Below are positions 1 through 11,801 of a stretch of 32,000 nt of DNA, piece after piece. The notes under the pieces were generated by a model. That model saw nothing but the letters and a program-made list of their open reading frames with translations. It was not told where the DNA came from and searched no databases. A program made the translations under genes and the position numbers. The DNA is taken from NCBI RefSeq assembly GCF_001457595.1, contig NZ_LN831039.1:3750001-3782000 (forward strand), in the 5' to 3' direction. The number at the start of each line of letters is the position of its first letter. Position 1 is the first letter of the stretch. The DNA comes from Mycolicibacterium smegmatis. GTDB taxonomy: Bacteria; Actinomycetota; Actinomycetes; Mycobacteriales; Mycobacteriaceae.

Positions 1-1135
1 TCACGACCTCGCCGATGCGGCCCATGGCCTGCGCGTCACTGCCGATCATCGAGATGGCCCCGATGTCGTGCAGCAGGTCCTCGGCCGCGATGGTCGACGG
101 CCTGATGCGGCTCTCGGCGAACGCGAGATCCTCTGGCACACTGGGTTTCAGGTGATGGCAGACCATCAGCATGTCCAGGTGCTCGTCGAGGGTGTTGACG
201 GTGTGCGGCCGGGTCGGGTTGGTGGAGCTTGGCAGCACGTTGGGATGGCCCGCCACCGTGATGATGTCCGGCGCGTGCCCGCCGCCGGCACCCTCGGTGT
301 GGTAGGCGTGGATCGAGCGGCCGCCGATGGCGGCCAGGGTGTCCTCGACAAAGCCCATCTCGTTGAGCGTGTCGGTGTGGATGGCCGCCTGCACGCCTGC
401 GACGTCGCACACCGTAAGGCACGCATCGATGGCCGCCGGGGTGGTGCCCCAATCCTCGTGGAGCTTGAAACCCGCTGCGCCGCCGCGCAACTGCTCCCAC
501 ATCGAGTCGGCGCTGACGGTGTTGCCCTTGCCCAGCAGCACGATGTTCATGGGCCAGGAGTCCAGGGACTCGAGCATGCGCGCCAGATGCCATGCGCCCG
601 GCGTGACCGTGGTGGCCTTGGTGCCCTCGGCCGGGCCGGTGCCGCCGCCGATGATCGTGGTGATGCCGCCGCCGAGCGCCTCGTCCATGATCTGCGGGCA
701 GATCAGGTGCACGTGGCAGTCGATGGCACCCGCGGTGAGGATGCGACCGTTGCCCGCGATGATCTCGGTGGACGGGCCGACCACCAGATCGGGGTGCACG
801 CCCGACATGATGTCGGGGTTGCCCGCCTTGCCGATCGCAACGATCCGGCCGTCGCGGATCCCGATGTCGGCCTTGATGATCCCCCAGTGGTCGAGGATCA
901 CCGCTCCGGTGATGACGGTGTCGGGGGCGCCGTCGGCGCGGGTGGCCCGGCCCTGCCCCATGGACTCGCGCAACACCTTGCCGCCGCCGAACACGGCCTC
1001 GTCACCGGCGAGCTCCGGTCCGCCGCTGCGGTCCTCGGTGATCTCGATCAGCAGGTCGGTGTCGGCCAGCCGGATGCGGTCCCCGGTGGTGGGACCGAAC
1101 AGCGCGGCGTAGTTGCTCCGTGACAGTGCGGTCAT
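1..1135 (-). CDS. ureC: Urease subunit alpha (N-terminal part; runs off the left edge of the window)
   Basis: Reverse-strand translation from the ATG at 1135 begins [32 protein letters not shown], the typical UreC N-terminus. It directly follows ureB and ureA. Confidence 0.97.
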   Translation of the reverse strand, partial: MTALSRSNYAALFGPTTGDRIRLADTDLLIEITEDRSGGPELAGDEAVFGGGKVLRESMGQGRATRADGAPDTVITGAVILDHWGIIKADIGIRDGRIVAIGKAGNPDIMSGVHPDLVVGPSTEIIAGNGRILTAGAIDCHVHLICPQIMDEALGGGITTIIGGGTGPAEGTKATTVTPGAWHLARMLESLDSWPMNIVLLGKGNTVSADSMWEQLRGGAAGFKLHEDWGTTPAAIDACLTVCDVAGVQAAIHTDTLNEMGFVEDTLAAIGGRSIHAYHTEGAGGGHAPDIITVAGHPNVLPSSTNPTRPHTVNTLDEHLDMLMVCHHLKPSVPEDLAFAESRIRPSTIAAEDLLHDIGAISMIGSDAQAMGRIGEVV

Positions 1136-1464
1136 CAGCCGTCCAGCCTCCCTGGTGGATTGATGCTCAGGCCGTACACCTCACGGGTGCCGCGCAGCGG
1201 CACCAGCGTGACGCGCTGTGCCACACCGGGTTCGAACCGCACCGCGGTGCCTGCGGGGATGTCGAGACGGTGGCCGTGCGCGGCCGTGCGGTCGAACTCC
1301 AGCGCCGAGTTGGCCTGCGGGAGATGCACGTGGCTACCGACCTGCACGGGCCGGTCGCCGGCGTTGACCACGTCGAGCGTCAGACGCGGTGCGCCCGCAT
1401 TGATCTCGATGTCGCCTTCGCCGTGGAGGATCTCGCCGGGCACCACCGGTTCGCGTGACGTCAT
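1135..1464 (-). CDS. ureB: Urease subunit beta
   Basis: 109 aa ORF ([24 protein letters not shown]...NTGDRP-type UreB pattern). Its stop overlaps the ureC start (TGATG). Confidence 0.97.
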   Translation of the reverse strand: MTSREPVVPGEILHGEGDIEINAGAPRLTLDVVNAGDRPVQVGSHVHLPQANSALEFDRTAAHGHRLDIPAGTAVRFEPGVAQRVTLVPLRGTREVYGLSINPPGRLDG

Positions 1465-1473
1465 GGCGGCCCC

Positions 1474-1776
1474 TCAGGCGATCGGCTGGTGGACGGTGAC
1501 GAGTTTGGTGCCGTCGGGGAACGTCGCCTCGACCTGGACGTCGTGCAGCATCTCCGGCACGCCGTCCATGACGTCGTCGCGGGTGAGCACACTGCGCCCG
1601 CTGACCATCAACTCGGCGACGGTGCGGCCGTCCCGTGCGCCCTCGAGCAGGTGATCGGTGATCACCGCGACGGCCTCGGGATGGTTGAGCCGCAGCCCTC
1701 TCGCCCGTCTGCGGCGGGCCAGTTCGGCGGCATACGAGATCAGCAAACGATCCTGTTCATGCGGGGTCAAGCGCAT
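1474..1776 (-). CDS. ureA: Urease subunit gamma
   Basis: [50 protein letters not shown] is the canonical UreA start (100 aa). The track ORF begins 6 codons upstream. Confidence 0.97.
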   Translation of the reverse strand: MRLTPHEQDRLLISYAAELARRRRARGLRLNHPEAVAVITDHLLEGARDGRTVAELMVSGRSVLTRDDVMDGVPEMLHDVQVEATFPDGTKLVTVHQPIA

Positions 1777-1858
1777 AGACGGCGATATTGCCATGCCCCG
1801 GGGTGATCGGCAGCCTCAGCCGCGGAGGCAGTTCTCACACGGCCGGTCGGCGTGTCGG

Positions 1859-2266
1859 TCAGGACTCGGCCGGCATGTTCTGCAAGCGCACCTGTCCGCG
1901 CGCCACCGTGCGGCCGTCCTCGTCGGTGAGGGTGATGAGCCAGAGCTGCTGGCGGCGGCCCCGGTGGATCGGCGTCGACACCGCGGTGACCGTCCCCGAG
2001 CCGATCGCGCGGAGGAAGTCGGTGTTGTTGTTGACGCCGACGACAGTGCCGCCGCCGTTCTCGGACAGCCAGATATGGCCCGACACACTCGCGAGGCTCT
2101 CCACGATCGAGCAGTAGACGCCGCCGTGCACGATGCCCCACGGCTGCAGGAGCTTTTCGGTGATCTTCAGTTCGGCACGGCCGCCGTCGGGTCCCAGCTC
2201 GGTGTAGTTCAGGCCGATCTCGGAGTCGAAGCCCTTGCCGATCCCGGCGTTCACATCTGTCGTCAC
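1859..2266 (-). CDS. PaaI-family hotdog-fold thioesterase (Rv1847-like)
   Basis: 135 aa ORF with WGIVHGGVYCSIVESLAS and NNNTDFLRA patterns typical of PaaI/4HBT thioesterases. Its position before ureA matches the mycobacterial order. Confidence 0.88.
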   Translation of the reverse strand: MTTDVNAGIGKGFDSEIGLNYTELGPDGGRAELKITEKLLQPWGIVHGGVYCSIVESLASVSGHIWLSENGGGTVVGVNNNTDFLRAIGSGTVTAVSTPIHRGRRQQLWLITLTDEDGRTVARGQVRLQNMPAES

Positions 2267-2402
2267 AGTCTGTGTCTACACGGGCGCCGTACCAAAAGAT
2301 TCGGGCGGGTCCCGCTTGACGCGGGACCCGCCCTTCGAGTGGACCGGGGGTCTCTGCAGCCCTCAGGACTCCGGCTCGGTCCGTTGGCTCGATACTTCGA
2401 TA

Positions 2403-2421
2403 ATAGGCAAGGCTTCCCTAA
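2403..2421. promoter_or_regulatory. Candidate IdeR/DtxR-type iron box (degenerate)
   Basis: ATAGGCAAGGCTTCCCTAA matches TTAGGTTAGGCTAACCTAA at about 14/19 positions by eye. It lies 137 nt upstream of the thioesterase start and overlaps the stop of the fhuF-like gene. Confidence 0.4.
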
Positions 2422-3191
2422 TTTAGCAAGACCTTGCCGGCACGGCTCTCCCCGCGGACCGGAAGACCGAACCCGACCAGCGCATCGAGCACCGCCTGAC
2501 CGCGGCGCATGCTCTCGGCCTCGCTCGAACCGGCCAGCAGCGGCACCTGGGTGGCCACGCCGACCACGGCCGCGCCGACCAGGTGCCACATCGCGGTGGT
2601 CGAGACCGCGCCCGCGCTGATCTCGGCGAGACGATCGAACAGCGGCGCGAGGGCCCGGTGGCTGCGGTGCGCGACCCACGTCGTGAGCGCGGCCTCGTTG
2701 GGCAGGGCGACGATGCCGCCGGAGGCCGAGTCGGCGATGCGACCGGACCCTCTGTGGGTGAAACAGGGATCAGACGGCAGCGCCCGCACGGTCGGATCGA
2801 CCACGCCCACCCAGTCGATGGCGCCTTCGGAGTCGACGTGCACCCAGAGGTTCTCCAGACCGGTGTCCCACGCGCGGCCCTCGAGGACCAACAGCGGAAT
2901 CACCCGGCCGATCACCACGTGAGCAAGCGTGGTGGCCAGTTGCTGCGCCACCGCGGGCCGGTTGCCGGTCTCGGCGATCCCGGCGTCGAACATCATCTGC
3001 AACCGGTTCGCGGTCAGCGCCTCGGCCAGCGGCCACCACCGCCGCCGTGACAGATCCCCCATGACGGCCACTCCGTAGACCCGCGGACATTCGGGGTACA
3101 GCTCACGCAGACGCCGACTGGATTCGTGCAGCGGCAGGGTCCGCTTGATGGCCATACCCGCGATCAGCGGGTCTTCGATCAGGACCGTCAT
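2418..3191 (-). CDS. FhuF / IucA-IucC C-terminal-domain-like protein (putative iron-siderophore related)
   Basis: 257 aa ORF with coding-quality sequence, preceded by an iron box. The fold assignment rests on overall resemblance to FhuF/IucA-C-like proteins. The C-terminal cysteine cluster of FhuF is absent. Confidence 0.55.
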   Translation of the reverse strand: MTVLIEDPLIAGMAIKRTLPLHESSRRLRELYPECPRVYGVAVMGDLSRRRWWPLAEALTANRLQMMFDAGIAETGNRPAVAQQLATTLAHVVIGRVIPLLVLEGRAWDTGLENLWVHVDSEGAIDWVGVVDPTVRALPSDPCFTHRGSGRIADSASGGIVALPNEAALTTWVAHRSHRALAPLFDRLAEISAGAVSTTAMWHLVGAAVVGVATQVPLLAGSSEAESMRRGQAVLDALVGFGLPVRGESRAGKVLLN

Positions 3192-3219
3192 GTCACCTCC
3201 ACAGGCTCCCCATTGTCAG

Positions 3220-3238
3220 TTAGGTTAGCCTTACTATA
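3220..3238. promoter_or_regulatory. Candidate IdeR iron box upstream of the fhuF-like gene
   Basis: TTAGGTTAGCCTTACTATA matches TTAGGTTAGSCTAACCTAA at about 15/19 positions, with a perfect left half. It lies 29 nt upstream of the start at 3191. Confidence 0.8.
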
Positions 3239-3265
3239 GGCGTGCACGACGATGCAACCAGACGC

Positions 3266-3281
3266 TGTGACTGGATTCACA
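3266..3281. promoter_or_regulatory. CRP/FNR-family binding site candidate
   Basis: TGTGACTGGATTCACA is an exact TGTGA-N6-TCACA site inside the 7-bp dyad GCTGTGA-N6-TCACAGC (3264-3283), in the divergent intergenic region. Confidence 0.6.
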
Positions 3282-3366
3282 GCGGATACCAGGCTGGTCC
3301 TTGACCTTGAAATTGCGCCTCCACCGACACGGTTGAGCACATGCTCACCGTTGCATACGACGCGCG

Positions 3367-3386
3367 GTAGTACGCCCGTAGTACGC
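3367..3386 (+). promoter_or_regulatory. Candidate BlaI autoregulatory operator / promoter region
   Basis: Direct repeat GTAGTACGC CC GTAGTACGC with 11-nt periodicity, about 30 nt upstream of the blaI start. Confidence 0.45.
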
Positions 3387-3416
3387 TGGCTTTACTTCTC
3401 AGGAGAGTGAAAGAAC

Positions 3417-3833
3417 ATGGCCAAATTGACGCGTCTTGGGGAGCTGGAGCGCGAGGTGATGGACCATCTCTGGTCAGCTCCCGAACCACAGACAGTGCGC
3501 CAAGTGCACGAGGCGCTGGCCGCCCGTCGCGACTTGGCCTATACGACGATCATGACGGTGCTGCAGCGCCTGGCGAAGAAGAACCTCGTCGTGCAGCACC
3601 GTGACGACCGCGCGCATCGGTACGCGCCCACCCACGGGCGCGACGAACTGGTCGCCGGGCTCATGGTCGACGCCCTCGACCAGGCCGCCGACTCCGGCAG
3701 CCGCCAGGCCGCGCTGGTCCATTTCGTGGAACGTGTCGGTGTCGACGAGGCCGCGGCGTTGCGCCGCGCCCTCGAGGAACTCGAGAGCAAGCAGCGGGTT
3801 CTGCCGCCGACTGGTAATTCAGGTACCGGCTGA
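3417..3833 (+). CDS. blaI: BlaI/MecI/CopY-family penicillinase repressor-type regulator
   Basis: 138 aa: LGELEREVMDHLWSAPEPQTVRQVHEAL...YTTIMTVLQRLAKKNLV is a classic BlaI winged helix. A ribosome-binding site-like AGGAG lies upstream and the gene is followed by a blaR-like M56 protease. Confidence 0.95.
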   Translation: MAKLTRLGELEREVMDHLWSAPEPQTVRQVHEALAARRDLAYTTIMTVLQRLAKKNLVVQHRDDRAHRYAPTHGRDELVAGLMVDALDQAADSGSRQAALVHFVERVGVDEAAALRRALEELESKQRVLPPTGNSGTG

Positions 3834-3847
3834 GGGACACTAACCGC

Positions 3848-4804
3848 GTGTCCGCGCTGGCCTTCACTCTCGTAGCGCTGGCGCTGGTTGGACCAGTGCC
3901 TGCGATGCTGGCGCGGGCCTCGTGGCCGTTGCGGGCGCCACGCGCAGCAATCGTGTTGTGGCAGTCGATCGCCTTGGCTGCAGTGCTTTCGGCGTTCTCC
4001 GCAGGCATTGCCATCGCCAGCCGGCTGTTCGTCCCGGGCGCCGACGGCCGCCCCACCGCGACCATCACGAGTGAGATCGACGTCCTCGGCTGGCCACTGT
4101 GGCTGCTCTATGTCGTGGTGTTCAGCCTGACGTTGTTCATCGGCGCCCGGCTGTGCGTCGCGATCGTCCAGGTCGGCGTCGCCACGCGCCGCCGCCGCGC
4201 GCACCACCGCATGATGGTGGATCTGCTCAGCAAGTCGCGTGACGCGGTTCCCGCGCATTTGCGCACCCCCGCCAGCGGGCTGCGCATCCTCGACGTCGCC
4301 CAGCCGCTGGCCTACTGCCTGCCCGGTGTACGCAGCCGGGTGGTGGTCAGCGAGGGCACTCTCGACACCCTCTCGCCCGACGAGGTCGACGCGATCCTCA
4401 CCCACGAGCGGGCACATCTGCGGGCCCGGCACGATCTGGTGCTGGAGATGTTCACGGCCGTGCACGCCGCGTTCCCCCGGTTCGTCCGCAGCGCGAGCGC
4501 ACTCGATGCCGTGCGGTTGCTCATCGAACTTCTCGCCGACGACGCCGCCGTGCGGATCGCCGGCCCCACCCCCCTGGCCCGTGCGCTGGTCACGTGCGCC
4601 GCGGGACGTACCCCGTCGGGCGCGCTCGCCGCGGGCGGGCCCACCACGGTGATCCGGGTGCGCCGGCTCGGCGGGAAGCCGAACAGCCTCACGCTGTCGG
4701 TCATCGCCTATCTCGCGGCCGTGGCCATCCTGGTCGTCCCCACCGTCGCCGTGGCCGTTCCCTGGCTCACCGAATTGCACCGCCTGTTCTCGGGTCTGAC
4801 ATAA
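3848..4804 (+). CDS. blaR: M56-family BlaR-like membrane metalloprotease
   Basis: 318 aa with several hydrophobic segments and a zinc motif HERAH in LTHERAHLRARHDLVLEM. It sits directly after blaI. Confidence 0.9.
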   Translation: MSALAFTLVALALVGPVPAMLARASWPLRAPRAAIVLWQSIALAAVLSAFSAGIAIASRLFVPGADGRPTATITSEIDVLGWPLWLLYVVVFSLTLFIGARLCVAIVQVGVATRRRRAHHRMMVDLLSKSRDAVPAHLRTPASGLRILDVAQPLAYCLPGVRSRVVVSEGTLDTLSPDEVDAILTHERAHLRARHDLVLEMFTAVHAAFPRFVRSASALDAVRLLIELLADDAAVRIAGPTPLARALVTCAAGRTPSGALAAGGPTTVIRVRRLGGKPNSLTLSVIAYLAAVAILVVPTVAVAVPWLTELHRLFSGLT

Positions 4805-4854
4805 ATCCGGCGTCCACGGGCGTTCATCTACAACAAAACAATGAAAGGCTCTGC

Positions 4855-8807
<3,953 letters not shown>

Positions 8808-8808
8808 G

Positions 8809-10362
8809 TCAGTCACTGCGCACCCCGGTCCGCCCGGCCGTCCACGCACCGAGCACCGCGGTCGGGATCGCCGCGAACACCAGCAGCGCCGCGGCGTAGG
8901 GCGCGGCTGCGGCGTAGTCACTCACCGCACTGTGCCCCCACAGTCTCGTGGCGAGGGTGTCGGTCCCGGTCGGGTGCAGCAGCAGCGTCACCGGCAACTC
9001 CTTCATACAGGTCAGCAGCACCAGCGCGGCCGCAGCAGCGATGCCCGGCACCGACAGCCGTGCCGTGACAGTGGTGAACGCCCGCAACGGGTTTCGGCCC
9101 AGCGACCGCGCCACCTCTTCGAGGCGCGCCGGCGTCGACTCGATCGCGGCACGCACGGACCCTACCGCCAGCGGGATCAGCAGCACCGCATACGCCAGGA
9201 TCAGCAGTGGTTCACGCTGGTAGAGCGGCCGCAAGACCAGCACGCCCAGCGACACCATCGAGATGCCGATGACGATGGCGGGCAGGCCGTGGGCGACGTA
9301 GCTCGCGCCTTCGAGCACGCGGGTCACCCGGTCGCGGTAACGCGCCGCGAGCACCCCGAGCGGCAGGGCCGCGAACGTGCACACGATCGCGGTGACGAAC
9401 GACAGCCACAGCGTCGCGGTCAGCGCGTCCACCCACTGCTGGGCATCCCAGCGAGCGCCCGCCGTGAGGAGCCACCGCACCAGGATCACCGTCGGCAACC
9501 CGATCGCCGCCATCAGCACGGCGATCGGCGCCACGAGCGCGGCCGGCCACCACCGACCCAAGCGGTTGAGCGGCGCCGGACGCGGTGTGCCACCGCCGAT
9601 CCGGGCCGCGGCGATGCCGCGGGCCCTGGCCTCGGCCGTCACCAGAAGCACCGCCAGCACCAGCAGCACGAGCGAGAGCACCGCGGCCCGTGAGGGATTG
9701 AACCCCGAGCGGTACGCGCCGTAGATCACCCACGTGAACGCCTCGTACCGCATGGCGGCCACGGCGCCGAAATCACTCAGCACGTACAGCGCGACCAGCA
9801 GCGCACCCGCCGTGATGGCCCCGCGGGCCTGCCGCAGCGTCACCCGGAACAGCACCGAGAACCCGCCGTGCCCGAGCGAGCGCGCGACCTCTTCCAGCGC
9901 GGGATCGACCCGCGACAGCGCGGCCATGGTCGTCAGGAACACCAGTGGATAGCTGACCAGCACCAGCACCAGGGCGGCACCCCAGAATCCGGCGACCTGC
10001 GGGTATGCCGAAACCCACAGGTACGCAAGGAGATAGCTGGGCATGGCCAGCGGCAGGGTGAGCACCACGGCCAGCACCCGTCGTCCCCGCAGATCGGTCC
10101 GTGACACCAACACGGCAAGCCCCACTCCGAGCACGACGCAGGCCGCGGTCACCAGCGCCACGAGCGCCAGCGACCGGCCCACCAGCGCGGCGGTACGCGG
10201 CTGGAAGAGCTCGTCGAACACGAAGGCCCAGCCGCGCTCGGCGGCGCGCTCCCCCAGGTACACCAGCGGCACCAGCGTCGCGAGTACGACCGCCGCGCCC
10301 GCTGCGACCAGCACCGCGGGCGCGCGCCGCCCCCCGCCGGTCGCCGAGAACGGGCGACTCAA
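8809..10362 (-). CDS. ABC transporter permease, duplicated-domain FbpB-like (ferric iron)
   Basis: 517 aa with many hydrophobic segments and two permease EAA-type loops (EEVARSLG..., EEVARSLGRNP...). TTG start overlaps the stop of the upstream gene. Confidence 0.92.
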   Translation of the reverse strand: MSRPFSATGGGRRAPAVLVAAGAAVVLATLVPLVYLGERAAERGWAFVFDELFQPRTAALVGRSLALVALVTAACVVLGVGLAVLVSRTDLRGRRVLAVVLTLPLAMPSYLLAYLWVSAYPQVAGFWGAALVLVLVSYPLVFLTTMAALSRVDPALEEVARSLGHGGFSVLFRVTLRQARGAITAGALLVALYVLSDFGAVAAMRYEAFTWVIYGAYRSGFNPSRAAVLSLVLLVLAVLLVTAEARARGIAAARIGGGTPRPAPLNRLGRWWPAALVAPIAVLMAAIGLPTVILVRWLLTAGARWDAQQWVDALTATLWLSFVTAIVCTFAALPLGVLAARYRDRVTRVLEGASYVAHGLPAIVIGISMVSLGVLVLRPLYQREPLLILAYAVLLIPLAVGSVRAAIESTPARLEEVARSLGRNPLRAFTTVTARLSVPGIAAAAALVLLTCMKELPVTLLLHPTGTDTLATRLWGHSAVSDYAAAAPYAAALLVFAAIPTAVLGAWTAGRTGVRSD

Positions 10363-11399
10363 TTGGTCAGCAAGCCGGTCTCCACCAGCAGTTCCTGGGT
10401 GGCCTCGAGATCGGACAGCTGCGACAGATCCACCGCGGGCGGCTGCAGTTCACTCAGCTGCGGCATTTCGCCCGAGGGCTCGACGCCCTCGATCAACGGG
10501 TACTCCTTGGTCTCGCCCGCGAAGTACTCCTGAGCCGACTTGCCGATCAGGTACGACGCGAACGCCTGTGCGCCTTCGGGATTGGCGGCGGACTTGAGCA
10601 CGCCGACACCTGCCACGTTGATCAGCCCGCCCGGGTCGCCGGGCGCCATGAACTTGTTGCGGGCCTTGACGGCCTGCTCGCCTTTGGCGTCGACCAACTC
10701 GTACAGGTAGTAGTGGTTGACCACGCCCAGCGGGATCTGCCCGGCGTCGACGGCGTCGCGCACCGCGACGTTGTTCTCGTAGGGCTGCGGGTCCTGCGCC
10801 TTGAAGGCCTCGAGCCATTGCCGCGCACCGTCGTCGCCGCGGATGACGCGCAGACCGGTCACGAACGACTGCCACGAGGCATTGCTCGGCGCGAAACCGA
10901 TCTTGCCCTTCCACTCCGGCGCCAGCAGCCCGTCGATGGTGTCGGGCGGATTGGGCGCGATGTCGGGGTTGTAGACGAGGACGCGGGCCCGGCCCGAGAC
11001 CCCGAGCCAGCTCTTGTCGGCCGCCGAGAAGTTCGCGGGCACCGCGGCCATCGCCTCGTCGTTGATCGGCGCGAACAGGCCTGCCTCGCTGACGGCACCG
11101 AGCGCCCCGGCGTCCTGCGACAGGAACACGTCGGCGGGCGACTTGTCCCCCTCGGTGATCAATTGGGCGGCCAGTTCTCCCGAACCCGCATACCGGGTCT
11201 CCACCTCGATGCCGGTGTCGCTGGTGAATTTCTCGATCAGCGGTGCCACCAGGTTCTCGCTGCGCCCGGAGTACACCACGATCTTGTCGGCCGAATCGGC
11301 CTCGTCGGATCCGGATCCGCACGCACCGAGGGTGAGCGCGGCAGCAGCGGCGACCGTGGCCACGACGGCCACCGATCGCACGGAGTTGACCTTGGACAT
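10359..11399 (-). CDS. Fe(III) ABC transporter substrate-binding lipoprotein
   Basis: Signal peptide with lipobox LTLGACGSGS, then KIVVYSGRSENLVAPLIEKFTSDTGIEVETRYAGSGELAAQL, typical of FbpA/FutA-like proteins. Confidence 0.93.
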   Translation of the reverse strand: MSKVNSVRSVAVVATVAAAAALTLGACGSGSDEADSADKIVVYSGRSENLVAPLIEKFTSDTGIEVETRYAGSGELAAQLITEGDKSPADVFLSQDAGALGAVSEAGLFAPINDEAMAAVPANFSAADKSWLGVSGRARVLVYNPDIAPNPPDTIDGLLAPEWKGKIGFAPSNASWQSFVTGLRVIRGDDGARQWLEAFKAQDPQPYENNVAVRDAVDAGQIPLGVVNHYYLYELVDAKGEQAVKARNKFMAPGDPGGLINVAGVGVLKSAANPEGAQAFASYLIGKSAQEYFAGETKEYPLIEGVEPSGEMPQLSELQPPAVDLSQLSDLEATQELLVETGLLTN

Positions 11400-11469
11400 G
11401 AGCGACACCAGTGACCTGCTTTCAGCTCTGATCAGCACGAATGGATGAGCTTGAAGTTACCCGAGAGAA

Positions 11470-11488
11470 TGCTGTGAGGTAAACCTAA
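11470..11488. promoter_or_regulatory. Candidate IdeR iron box upstream of the iron ABC operon
   Basis: TGCTGTGAGGTAAACCTAA has an intact AACCTAA right half and about 13/19 consensus matches, 71 nt upstream of the lipoprotein start. Confidence 0.55.
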
Positions 11489-11657
11489 TCTTGGTTGCGC
11501 TCCATGGGCTGGGGTCCCGAGGGCTCCCTGCGGGTGCGCGTGTTCGCCCTCGTACCCGGCCTCGCCCTCGGCAGTCGCGATAGTATTGAGCCTCACTGCA
11601 TCCATTGCCATCCATCGCCGGTCCCTCTGACGGGCCGGCGCGAACGAAAGGGTTCAC

Positions 11658-11801
11658 GTGCCGCAGGCACCGACTGAGGCCTCCGGTTCTGGACCGGTCT
11701 TCCGGGCGGAGCAGCAATCAGTCCTGAGCGCCGACACCGACGACCCCTCTCCTAGTCAGCCGGGCTATGGGCCCGGCGTCGGGTGGGTGAAGTCGCGATG
11801 A
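11658..11801 (+). CDS. Possible small leader/coupled ORF (47 aa)
   Basis: GTG start after a GAAAGGG ribosome-binding site-like element. Translation [47 protein letters not shown], with the TGA overlapping the ATG of the next gene (ATGA). Confidence 0.35.
   Translation: MPQAPTEASGSGPVFRAEQQSVLSADTDDPSPSQPGYGPGVGWVKSR

Noticed and set aside
68-1123. 351-aa plus-strand ORF antisense to ureC
   Set aside because: The minus strand is clearly UreC; the antisense ORF is a composition artefact.
4594-4854. N-terminal extension of the gnd track ORF into blaR
   Set aside because: The extension (MRRGTYPVGRARRGRAHHG...) is the shifted blaR frame. The real start is the ATG at 4855 after a GAAAGG ribosome-binding site-like element.
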